Assembly: GCA_024239055.1 (NCBI GenBank)
Contig: JANBVJ010000003.1
Location: forward strand, 504-64,503
Source of the DNA: Patescibacteria group bacterium
GTDB lineage: Bacteria > Patescibacteriota > Minisyncoccia > Minisyncoccales > UBA10102
Length of the DNA stretch: 64,000 bases
Reading direction: 5' to 3'
Part shown: one piece after another, positions 26,924 to 34,630 of the stretch
How positions within the stretch are numbered: position 1 is the stretch's first letter
Layout of the letters: each line of letters opens with the position of its first letter
Program-made: the position numbers and the translations under genes
The notes under the pieces: generated by a model
The model's database searches: none
Told to the model about the DNA's origin: nothing
What the model saw: only the letters and a program-made list of their open reading frames with translations

Positions 26924-26958
26924 CAACTTGAGAGATGGAGAAATCCACTCCCAAGTTG
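26924..26958 (+). other. Imperfect 14 bp hairpin capped by a GAAA tetraloop
   Basis: CAACTTGAGAGATGGA-GAAA-TCCACTCCCAAGTTG: 7 bp, an A-C mismatch, 3 bp, a 1 nt bulge, 4 bp. Lies in the divergent region between 26775(-) and 27016(+). Confidence 0.45.
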
Positions 26959-27015
26959 AAAAAAGTTCAGCGATCATCTTTAAAACGTTCCTAAATCATG
27001 CAATTTTAGAATATA

Positions 27016-27780
27016 ATGGTAAAGGGATTCAAAGACTCTAAAGGTAATTTTCATCCAACAGGTTCCTCTAAAGAGGAATTTGGAATTCCAAGAAGAAGAT
27101 CAACAAAAAGACGATCTGTAGAAACTGGAGTTGGAAGAACTCTAGAAATCCAGATGCGTAGAACCCAAAAAAAATTTCCAAATGACAACCCACAACCAGA
27201 TCCAATTGGAAATATTTCTTCAACAGAGAGATGGTTAGCAGAAAAAGAAGTTGATTCAATGATAGATGAAGTAGGCTTTGATGACAATCTGTTTGAATTT
27301 GAAAATAAACAAGAGTGGTGGATCTTTGACAAGTTTGAAGATGCAAAAGAAAAAGCAATTGATCAAGAAAGAAATCTTTTAGAAACTGAGGAATCAATTG
27401 TCAGTGACCTTGCACAAAGATTTCCCAATGAAGATTTTGTTTTCATTACTGAAACAGATAAGAGAATTATTGCTAATGAAGATGCAGATAGTATTGCAAG
27501 GAACGATGGCTTGTCAGATTCTCAACGAGACAAACTTACAGATGAGATTGCAGAAAAATTAGAATCAAATCCAGTAGATTATTTTGTTAATGAACGAGGA
27601 ACGCACACAACAGAAAATCTTCTAAATGAAAGTTTCATTAGAAAAGATATTGATAAGATGGCAGAATTTGTAGTGAAAACAGATGGTGTTGGTCATACAC
27701 TTGCTAGTTATGATGGTAATGAAAAGATTGTAAAGGACAAGAAGGGCGATGAACGACTGTATTTGTATAGAGCAAACTGA
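27016..27780 (+). CDS. KGF-leader family member 5/15
   Basis: MVKGFKDSKGNFHPTGSSKEEFGIPRRRSTKRRSVETGVG; acidic middle; C-terminal DGVGHTLASYDGNEKIV. Confidence 0.75.
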   Translation: MVKGFKDSKGNFHPTGSSKEEFGIPRRRSTKRRSVETGVGRTLEIQMRRTQKKFPNDNPQPDPIGNISSTERWLAEKEVDSMIDEVGFDDNLFEFENKQEWWIFDKFEDAKEKAIDQERNLLETEESIVSDLAQRFPNEDFVFITETDKRIIANEDADSIARNDGLSDSQRDKLTDEIAEKLESNPVDYFVNERGTHTTENLLNESFIRKDIDKMAEFVVKTDGVGHTLASYDGNEKIVKDKKGDERLYLYRAN

Positions 27781-27781
27781 C

Positions 27782-28099
27782 ATGGTTAAGGGTTTTAAAG
27801 ACCGTAAAGGTCGTTTCAGACTTTTAGGAAGAAAAAAAGGCAAGTCTGGAAAAGAAAAATCATTAGAGATTCAAAGAAGTGAATTTAGTCCAGTTGATGT
27901 AGCAACTGCAAGGGGAGTAGACTTTGCATTAATGAAAGGAAGGTTACGAGGAAGTAAGAAAGATGCTTTATCAAATGTAGAATTAACATTTGAAACACAG
28001 ATACAAGCAGGAGTTCCAACGGAACTTGCAAAAGTAGAAAGAAAGATTGCACTTAATGAAGTCAAAAGAGAATTTGGAGTTAGTGAAATAGATGGCTAA
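27782..28099 (+). CDS. KGF-leader family member 6/15
   Basis: Start set at ATG 27782: MVKGFKDRKGRFRLLGRKKGKSGKEKSLEIQ. Confidence 0.65.
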   Translation: MVKGFKDRKGRFRLLGRKKGKSGKEKSLEIQRSEFSPVDVATARGVDFALMKGRLRGSKKDALSNVELTFETQIQAGVPTELAKVERKIALNEVKREFGVSEIDG

Positions 28100-28691
28100 G
28101 GGATTCACTGACGACAAGGGAAAATTCAGACCGACAGGAAATAATGGTGGACAAAGTTCTAGAGAAAAATCTATTGAAACAGAAGGTGTTCCTCTAGAAG
28201 AACTTGGAAAAGGAACCGTTGCTCTAAACGTTGATGATCCATTAGCAGAATCTAAAACAAAAAGAAGAAAACAAGCAATGATTCTAAAATTGGATGATAC
28301 TGAGGCAATTATTACTAAACCAGAAATAGAGTGGATGAGAAAATGGTTGAACAATTCATTTGGAAGTGGAACTGATGTTACTGATCAAGAATTTATTGAT
28401 GTAGTAAGAGAAAAAGTTCCAGAAAATCCAGAGGGATTCAGAATTACTCCCGAACAAACAACTCAAGGAATAGAGTTTCTAAGAAAGGCTACAAGAAGAT
28501 CACCTAACAAAGATAGATTTGGAGAAAGGGAGAGAGACATTATTGAAAACTTTAAAGAATTTAGAATAATTGATTGGTTCGATGCAAATCCAAATGTAAC
28601 ATTTTTCGTACCATTGTGGCGAGTTGAATCAGATGACGGTGACACATTCGAATATTATTTCTCTGGTGGGGAAGTGAACATAACTGGCTAG
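28092..28691 (+). CDS. KGF-leader family member 7/15
   Basis: MAKGFTDDKGKFRPTGNNGGQSSREKSIETEGVPLE; ATGGCTAA junction overlaps the upstream stop. Confidence 0.75.
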   Translation: MAKGFTDDKGKFRPTGNNGGQSSREKSIETEGVPLEELGKGTVALNVDDPLAESKTKRRKQAMILKLDDTEAIITKPEIEWMRKWLNNSFGSGTDVTDQEFIDVVREKVPENPEGFRITPEQTTQGIEFLRKATRRSPNKDRFGERERDIIENFKEFRIIDWFDANPNVTFFVPLWRVESDDGDTFEYYFSGGEVNITG

Positions 28692-28698
28692 TGGATTT

Positions 28699-28962
28699 AT
28701 GAAAGATGGAAAGTTTATTCCAACAGGTAGAAGATTCAAGAAAGGATCCAAAGTTCAATCTGTAATAGTAAACAAGAATGACTTTACTGAAAGAAAAGCA
28801 AGAGACAAAGTAAAAGAACTAGGTTTCAAATCTTCAAAGGTTGATAGAACAGCAAATACATTTCGATTCAGACAAATTGATCCATCTAAATGTAAACAAG
28901 GACAGTTTGCTACAATACCAATTACAAACGGAGTACAAGCAGTAATCTGTGAACCGATATGA
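28699..28962 (+). CDS. KGF-leader family member 8/15 (degenerate leader)
   Basis: MKDGKFIPTGRRFKKGSK. In-frame upstream codons read L-A-S-G-F just after a stop, so the leader start is decayed or uses CTG at 28684. Confidence 0.5.
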   Translation: MKDGKFIPTGRRFKKGSKVQSVIVNKNDFTERKARDKVKELGFKSSKVDRTANTFRFRQIDPSKCKQGQFATIPITNGVQAVICEPI

Positions 28963-29345
28963 CTAGAGGTTTCAAAGATCAAAGTGGAAGTTTTCATCCA
29001 ACAAACAGAAACAATGCAGGACAAAGTTCTAGAGAAAAATCTGTTGAACCAGAAGGTATGAAAATGAAACATGGAGTATGCGAAGCATTTTTAGAAAATC
29101 CACCAAGTCATAGAGGAGACGATAAAGAACACACAAATCAAGTTATGTACTCACTTGGCGATGAGAATTGTGCAAGTGTATTAACCGATGAAGAATTTTC
29201 AATGTTGCTTACAGATGATCAAGTTGCAAATACTTTTTCACCGATTGGGGAAACTGCCAAAAAATGGGAGGAGGATGAAAAGTTTCGTGCAAAAATTATA
29301 GATCGTACACAGGAATTAATTAAGGAAAAAGAAAAAAATGGCTAA
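28959..29345 (+). CDS. KGF-leader family member 9/15
   Basis: MTRGFKDQSGSFHPTNRNNAGQSSREKSVEPEGMKM; ATGA overlap. Confidence 0.7.
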   Translation: MTRGFKDQSGSFHPTNRNNAGQSSREKSVEPEGMKMKHGVCEAFLENPPSHRGDDKEHTNQVMYSLGDENCASVLTDEEFSMLLTDDQVANTFSPIGETAKKWEEDEKFRAKIIDRTQELIKEKEKNG

Positions 29346-29790
29346 AGGTTTCAAAGACTCTAAAGGAAATTTTCGACCAACTAGAAGTAATGGTAGAAAA
29401 TCTTCAAGAAAGAAAACAACAACTACAGGAGGAATTGAACCTAGAGAACCATTTGCAATAAGAGAAAGAGTCAGACTGTTAAGTGAAGATGAGTTGTCAA
29501 GAGACTTTTCTTTTAATGAATTAGAACAAGCAAGATCTGAAATTGATGATCTTCTAAAAAATAGATATTTTGATTTGAATCCAGACAGTGATTTCTTTAG
29601 TGAGACAGTAGCATTTGATTATGCAGAAGAACAAGGTAGTAATTTAGATCCTGATTTTGATATTCTACTCACTGAGTTAAGAAAAGTAAACAGAGCAAGT
29701 ACAAACAAAGTATTACGAGGTTTAGGAGGCGCACAAATTACAGATCCTGAACCAACAGGATTTCCAGAAGTAGATGAGATGATGCGTTAA
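29338..29790 (+). CDS. KGF-leader family member 10/15
   Basis: MAKGFKDSKGNFRPTRSNGRKSSRKKTTTTGGIEP; ATGGCTAA junction. Confidence 0.7.
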   Translation: MAKGFKDSKGNFRPTRSNGRKSSRKKTTTTGGIEPREPFAIRERVRLLSEDELSRDFSFNELEQARSEIDDLLKNRYFDLNPDSDFFSETVAFDYAEEQGSNLDPDFDILLTELRKVNRASTNKVLRGLGGAQITDPEPTGFPEVDEMMR

Positions 29791-30173
29791 TGGCTAAAGG
29801 TTTTAAAAAAAAAGGAAAATTCATTCCTACAGGTAACAAGAAAAAGAAATCATCAAAGTCAAAATCAACAGGAACGTTTGGAATTAAATTATTTAAAGAA
29901 AAAGAACCAGTGAGTGCAAGTAAAGTTACATCTAGAATTAAAGCAGATCTTAATGCAAGGAAAAACTTGAGAGAGAAAAACACAATGTTAGTATCAGAGA
30001 TTGAGGATAATCCAGAATCAGAGTTTAACATTCCTAGACGACAGAAGATAAAAACAAATAATTCTGAAATCAAACGTTTAAACAAAGACATTAAGAATAA
30101 TTTCAAATCACTTAGTAAGGAACAGCAACAAAAACTTCCAGTTGAAGTACAGTCAAGATTGAGGACAGGATGA
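29790..30173 (+). CDS. KGF-leader family member 11/15 (K-rich)
   Basis: MAKGFKKKGKFIPTGNKKKKSSKSKSTGTFGIKL; TAATG overlap. Confidence 0.65.
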   Translation: MAKGFKKKGKFIPTGNKKKKSSKSKSTGTFGIKLFKEKEPVSASKVTSRIKADLNARKNLREKNTMLVSEIEDNPESEFNIPRRQKIKTNNSEIKRLNKDIKNNFKSLSKEQQQKLPVEVQSRLRTG

Positions 30174-30835
30174 TGGCAAAGGGATTCAAAGACAATAAAG
30201 GAAAATTCAGACCAACAGGACAACCAGCAGGAAGGTCAAAGAAAGAAAAAACAATTGACACCACAAGTGGTACACTGATAACAGAAGGAATTTTCGAGTT
30301 TATTCCTAGAGAAACAGGAGTTTCTTTTGATACTGCAAGTGAAAGATTTATTGAATTTAGAGAAATGAATGAAGATTTGGAAGGATTTAGTTTTGATCCA
30401 GTAATAAATCAGGGATTTGATTTCAACAATAATATTCAAGCAAAAGAGTTTCATGATCTGTTTGTAGAAGGAGGAGACGAAAATCCTGTATTTGTAATTG
30501 GTGTTCAAAATCAGTTAGGAAAAAATCCAACTAGAGCAACTCAATCAGCATACGAGGAAGTAAAAAATGATGGAAGAAATCCATTGATTGGAGGTTCGAT
30601 AGATGGATTGACAGGAGAACCACTTACAGATGTAGCATTTCCAGTTTCAGGAATTAACAGAGAGGAGGCATTTGAATTAGCAGATGAATATGCTCAAGAT
30701 TCTATTGCAACAATATTCAATAGTGGTCAATTCAGAGTTGAAAATGTAAATCCAGAAGAACCATTCGTGACCTCAACTATAGAATCAATTTCTGCATCAG
30801 AACTAATTGCAATGCAAAGGAAACCAAAACCATAG
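30170..30835 (+). CDS. KGF-leader family member 12/15
   Basis: (M)MAKGFKDNKGKFRPTGQPAGRSKKEKTIDTTSGTL; ATGA overlap. Confidence 0.75.
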   Translation: MMAKGFKDNKGKFRPTGQPAGRSKKEKTIDTTSGTLITEGIFEFIPRETGVSFDTASERFIEFREMNEDLEGFSFDPVINQGFDFNNNIQAKEFHDLFVEGGDENPVFVIGVQNQLGKNPTRATQSAYEEVKNDGRNPLIGGSIDGLTGEPLTDVAFPVSGINREEAFELADEYAQDSIATIFNSGQFRVENVNPEEPFVTSTIESISASELIAMQRKPKP

Positions 30836-31014
30836 AAAATTGTACGTTGAACAAAACTTACAACTACTTATATACAAATTATTAGAGAATTAGGAGGAAG
30901 AGTATTGAACCGAGCACGAATCTACATGTGTGGATTAGAGTATATTCCTATTTTTATCTGGACACGATACTGTGCTTACATGATACGAAACGAGTTGAGG
31001 TCAAATTATCAATA

Positions 31015-31209
31015 ATGTATGGCGATCCAGAAAAGAGCAATATTAAGAATACATTCGTGCCTAATTGTACGAATGAAACATTTTCAGTAAACAATCTTGT
31101 ATTTATGCTCAAGCAAGGATTTGTCAAATTGAGTATGATTCCAGAGGATGTTAAGTTCAGGGTAGAGGCAGAAATCATCAAAAGACATCCAGAAATTAAG
31201 ACCAAATAG
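31015..31209 (+). CDS. hypothetical protein (non-family insert in the array)
   Basis: Start set at ATG 31015 (MYGDPEKSNIKN...); the track start at 30928 lies in a promoter-like AT-rich region. Confidence 0.4.
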   Translation: MYGDPEKSNIKNTFVPNCTNETFSVNNLVFMLKQGFVKLSMIPEDVKFRVEAEIIKRHPEIKTK

Positions 31210-31265
31210 ATCGCAAAACCTCACACAATAACCTAATATCACTTGAATTGCCATTTTATTGCGTA

Positions 31266-31724
31266 TTGGCAAGAGGATTCAAAGATGAAACTGGTAAGTT
31301 TCATCCAACAGGGAACTCTGGTATCAAAAAAACTCCTACTCTCAAGTCTGTAAAAACAGAAGGAGTTAAGATGGAAAAATTAGAAACAGTAGAAAAAGAA
31401 GAACCAAAATTAGAAATTGATAGAATTAGAGCAAAATTATCTGAGAATCAAATTGAAGAATGGGAAGATGTAGCAAGGTCAGAAGTTATTGATGTAAAAC
31501 AAGAACATGTTGATGGAATGCCTGTTCTAACTGTTTTATTCCAGAATGGTGATGAATGGTTTGAGTTTGATCAGGTCAAACATCAGGAGAGGTTCATTGA
31601 CAATAATGAATTAACAAAAAGTGATGCAGTTGGCAAATTTATCAAAGTAGATCATCCAATGATTGAAGGTTACATTAACTTAATCACTGGAAAATCATTG
31701 TTTGAAACAAAGGAGAAAGTATAA
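31266..31724 (+). CDS. KGF-leader family member 13/15
   Basis: Start set at TTG 31266 by family alignment: (M)ARGFKDETGKFHPTGNSGIKKTPTLKSVKTEGVKME. Confidence 0.7.
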   Translation: MARGFKDETGKFHPTGNSGIKKTPTLKSVKTEGVKMEKLETVEKEEPKLEIDRIRAKLSENQIEEWEDVARSEVIDVKQEHVDGMPVLTVLFQNGDEWFEFDQVKHQERFIDNNELTKSDAVGKFIKVDHPMIEGYINLITGKSLFETKEKV

Positions 31725-32161
31725 TGGCAAAAGGTTTCAAAGACAGAACTGGTTCATTTCATCCAATGAATAAAAACAGTAGTGGAAAAAGTTCTAGAAA
31801 CAAATCAGTTGAACCAAAGGCAGTTTTACTAAAAGATTTCAAAGTTTTTGAAACATTTTCATTTCCAGATTCAGGAGCAGACTTTGAAAGAACTCATGTA
31901 GATACTATTGAAGCACTAGATTTCGAAGATGCAGAAAAGAAAGTTGCAGAACTATTCAAGATTGAGCAATCAGATTTAGAGGAACAAGGAGACTTTGGAG
32001 AAAACATAGTTAGTTATAGTTTTGAAACAATTCCTCACGATGGAAGAACTGGTGAAAAGATTACAGAACAACAAGCAGACAGACTAAGAGATCAAGATGA
32101 AGAATTAGTTTCTGATGTTATTCATGGTGTAGATGTAGAGTTAGAAGAGGAGTCAGAGTAA
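31724..32161 (+). CDS. KGF-leader family member 14/15 (acidic C-terminus)
   Basis: MAKGFKDRTGSFHPMNKNSSGKSSRNKSVEPKAV; TAATG overlap. Confidence 0.7.
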   Translation: MAKGFKDRTGSFHPMNKNSSGKSSRNKSVEPKAVLLKDFKVFETFSFPDSGADFERTHVDTIEALDFEDAEKKVAELFKIEQSDLEEQGDFGENIVSYSFETIPHDGRTGEKITEQQADRLRDQDEELVSDVIHGVDVELEEESE

Positions 32162-32162
32162 A

Positions 32163-32384
32163 ATGGTTAAAGGTTTCAGAGATGCAACAGGGAGATTTAG
32201 ACCTACTGGAAAGAACAAAGGTAAGTCAAAGAGACGTAAGAGTTTGGGAGTAGAGATAGTTTCAGTTACTCTTGAACCAAAAACTATCAACAAAGTAAAA
32301 CAAAGACAGGTAAAGAACATCAAGAAAGGAACACCAAATCCTTCATTCTCTCAGGCAATCAATCAATTAGTAGATCAGGCATAG
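32163..32384 (+). CDS. KGF-leader family member 15/15; C-terminal RHH-like module
   Basis: MVKGFRDATGRFRPTGKNKGKSKRRKSLGVEIVSVTLEPKTINKVKQRQV...SFSQAINQLVDQA (strand-helix-helix pattern). Confidence 0.65.
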   Translation: MVKGFRDATGRFRPTGKNKGKSKRRKSLGVEIVSVTLEPKTINKVKQRQVKNIKKGTPNPSFSQAINQLVDQA

Positions 32385-32403
32385 AAAGCCAACTGCGATC
32401 ACG

Positions 32404-32420
32404 TTTTTTTCAAACTTTTT
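32404..32420 (+). terminator. Oligo-T tract after the leader-family array
   Basis: T7 at 32404-32410 and T5 at 32416-32420, about 20 nt after the last array gene; archaeal terminators are oligo-T. Confidence 0.35.
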
Positions 32421-32527
32421 GCAGTAACTAGAGTAATTTAGTCTCAATGTCTTGAAAGTGTACGTGTCAGTGGGGAAAGATTAGATCAAAAGATAGTTTT
32501 TATACCTAAAATATTGCAAAATCGCTA

Positions 32528-33769
32528 ATGCTAGAAAATAACAGGCGCACAGAAAAACGTGCGCATCAAAAGAAGGGCGCAAAAGAAAGCCAAACAAAAG
32601 CGGTAACGTTAATGGAAAAATATGTCGAAACACCAAAAACTGCACAACCACCAAAACTATACCTCAAAGGTCTGAAAAAATGTCATGCCTTTATGACGTA
32701 TTATACAAGCAAACAACTCTATGAACTACACAAGAAAAAGAAACTAAAAATTCCACCAATCCAAAGACCAGAAGGACAATGGAAAAAGGATCAGGATCAA
32801 GCATTGATAAAATCAATGTTGAAGGGGTTTCCAATTATGCCAATGCTATTTCAATTAGCAGATGGAATACTTTGGGTACTTGATGGACAACAACGACTAT
32901 ACAGCGAGAGATTATTCAGAGAAAACAAACTGAAAATTTCTAAATCCATATCAGAAGAGTTGGAAGGAATGAAGTGGAATGAACTAACACCAGAAACTCA
33001 AAGGTCATACAACAACATGCCAATTCCTGCCTTCGTTATTCAAGGAAAAAATGGAGATGCAACATTGACGAAGAAGTTGGGTGTAGAAGCATACATCTTA
33101 GAACACAGTGGTTTACCATTGGTAGCACCACAAATCCGTAGAGCAAAATTCAACGACTCTGCATTTCACAAGTTGGTAATGAAGGTCAGAAACCAAATGC
33201 TCCAATTCTATGTGTCTAACGGAATTGTCTCAAAAACAAGTATGCTGAGATCTAGAGAAGAAGAAATAATCGCAGAAAACATTCTTCTTGTTACATCAGG
33301 AGTTTCTGATGGTAGAGACATCGATAAGAAATACACTGAACGAAAAACTACTGCAAAGTTGAATAGTTATCTTGATGGAAAAGATCCAATAAGATTACTA
33401 CAAGGATATTTTGGTACAATCAACAGTATGTTTAATGAATTTGACAAAAAAGGCAAATGCATTGGTGGTGGCTTGAAAGGAACTGGATTTGATAATCCAA
33501 ACAACTTCTATGGATTACTTGGTGCAGTAAAGAAAGCACTTGATGAAGGTATAATGCCTAGTAATCATAAAGACGTAGTACAAATAGGAAACAAGATGAA
33601 GAAACTCGTACTTGAAGTTAAAACAACCTTACAAGACATAAGGGACAACCCTTCGAAAGTACCTCCTCAAGTATTGAAGTATCATACGACAATAAGTAGA
33701 GGAACAAGAGATCTACAAAATAGAGAAGATAGAATCAACATTCTATTTGATATAATCAAACGGAACTAG
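32528..33769 (+). CDS. DUF262 (GmrSD N-terminal, ParB-superfamily) domain protein
   Basis: IPPIQRPEGQWKKDQDQALIKSMLKGFPIMPMLF...VLDGQQRL is the DUF262 hallmark (QR...DGQQR). TATA-like TTTTTATA sits about 27 nt before the ATG. Confidence 0.75.
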   Translation: MLENNRRTEKRAHQKKGAKESQTKAVTLMEKYVETPKTAQPPKLYLKGLKKCHAFMTYYTSKQLYELHKKKKLKIPPIQRPEGQWKKDQDQALIKSMLKGFPIMPMLFQLADGILWVLDGQQRLYSERLFRENKLKISKSISEELEGMKWNELTPETQRSYNNMPIPAFVIQGKNGDATLTKKLGVEAYILEHSGLPLVAPQIRRAKFNDSAFHKLVMKVRNQMLQFYVSNGIVSKTSMLRSREEEIIAENILLVTSGVSDGRDIDKKYTERKTTAKLNSYLDGKDPIRLLQGYFGTINSMFNEFDKKGKCIGGGLKGTGFDNPNNFYGLLGAVKKALDEGIMPSNHKDVVQIGNKMKKLVLEVKTTLQDIRDNPSKVPPQVLKYHTTISRGTRDLQNREDRINILFDIIKRN

Positions 33770-33812
33770 ATTCTACCCTCATGGTCATCTCGGCAAAGTT
33801 GACCAAATCCTC

Positions 33813-33861
33813 TTTTTTTCCACTATGATTTAACTCTTTTTTTGTACAATCCAATTTTTTT
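33813..33861 (+). terminator. Three T7 tracts after the DUF262 gene
   Basis: T7 at 33813-33819, 33837-33843 and 33855-33861; overlaps an 11 bp inverted repeat TTTTTTTGTAC / GTACAAAAAAA (33837-33847, 33869-33879). Confidence 0.35.
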
Positions 33862-34012
33862 CAGTATAGTACAAAAAAATATCTATATGGTAGAAACTAG
33901 GAATAATAATAGAAAAGGGAAAGGGATCTGAGAAAGCCGATCTCTTGTTGATTAAAAACGAAGGCAGATTACCTTCGGGCAAGAACTAGGCTACCACTTG
34001 TAATCTCAGCAA

Positions 34013-34450
34013 GTGCCTGAGTACCAAATGAATTTTTATTACACTTTTTTAAGATTACGATACTTGCCACCTTTTGCAGTAACTTGTTTGAAATGCTCAC
34101 CTAAAGATCTAGACTATCTAAACAAGCATCCAAAGTTATATCATCACAAATTATTCTTATGGGCATTAGCAGTAAAGATTAGAGATCATCACAAATGCAT
34201 AATATGTCAAGCATTAAACTGGCAGATGGAACCAAGAGAAAAAGGTGAGATACAAGCACATCACATTTTCCCATTAGATCTTTTTCCAGACTTGATGTTT
34301 GTTATTGAAAACGGAATGACTTTGTGTAACTTGCATCACAAGAACTTACATTACAAACAGTTTAACAAAATAAAAAATGTTATTTTAGAGTTTGGAGACG
34401 TACCAAATCCATTTGAAAAACAAAATGAAAAAGAAAGTTTCATACTTTGA
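34013..34450 (+). CDS. HNH endonuclease
   Basis: CIICQ...HHIFPLDLFPDLMFVIENGMTLCNLHHKNLH; start GTG 34013 or ATG 34028. Confidence 0.6.
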   Translation: MPEYQMNFYYTFLRLRYLPPFAVTCLKCSPKDLDYLNKHPKLYHHKLFLWALAVKIRDHHKCIICQALNWQMEPREKGEIQAHHIFPLDLFPDLMFVIENGMTLCNLHHKNLHYKQFNKIKNVILEFGDVPNPFEKQNEKESFIL

Positions 34451-34516
34451 TCACTGATTAAAGCAAATTTCAAACTTTATTTTTTTAGGTTTCGTGTGGC
34501 GTGGGCGAAATTTACA

Positions 34517-34568
34517 AAAAACTTTTGTGTGTAAAAACTTTTGTGGACTTTGACAAAAAACTTTGTCA
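34517..34568. promoter_or_regulatory. Repeat/operator cluster upstream of 34631
   Basis: AAAAACTTTTGTG x2 (34517-34529, 34533-34545), AAAAACTTTGTC (34556-34567), and inverted repeat TGACAAA-aaac-TTTGTCA (34551-34568). Confidence 0.45.
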
Positions 34569-34630
34569 GTCATAAAATGATTTTATACATCCGATTTTCA
34601 GATCATGTGATCACAAAGGAGGTGATGTAA

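Noticed and set aside
29738-30223. 161 aa minus-strand ORF (plus 27051..27397, 27983..28354 and 28755..29072 on the minus strand)
   Set aside because: These are antisense to leader-family genes, whose conserved N-termini define the + frames.
30905-31015. 36 aa TTG ORF behind a strong AGGAGG at 30893-30898
   Set aside because: The SD context is good, but the peptide (MNRARIYMCGLEYIPIFIW...) is unconvincing and competes with the 30928/31015 frame, so the question is left open.
27016-32384. T4-type (L/I)-X-E prohead-protease site in the second leader block
   Set aside because: In K-S-[IV]-E the aliphatic residue is at -2, not -3, relative to Glu, and several members lack Glu. The site therefore does not fit the T4 consensus, and only a generic processing-site hypothesis is retained.
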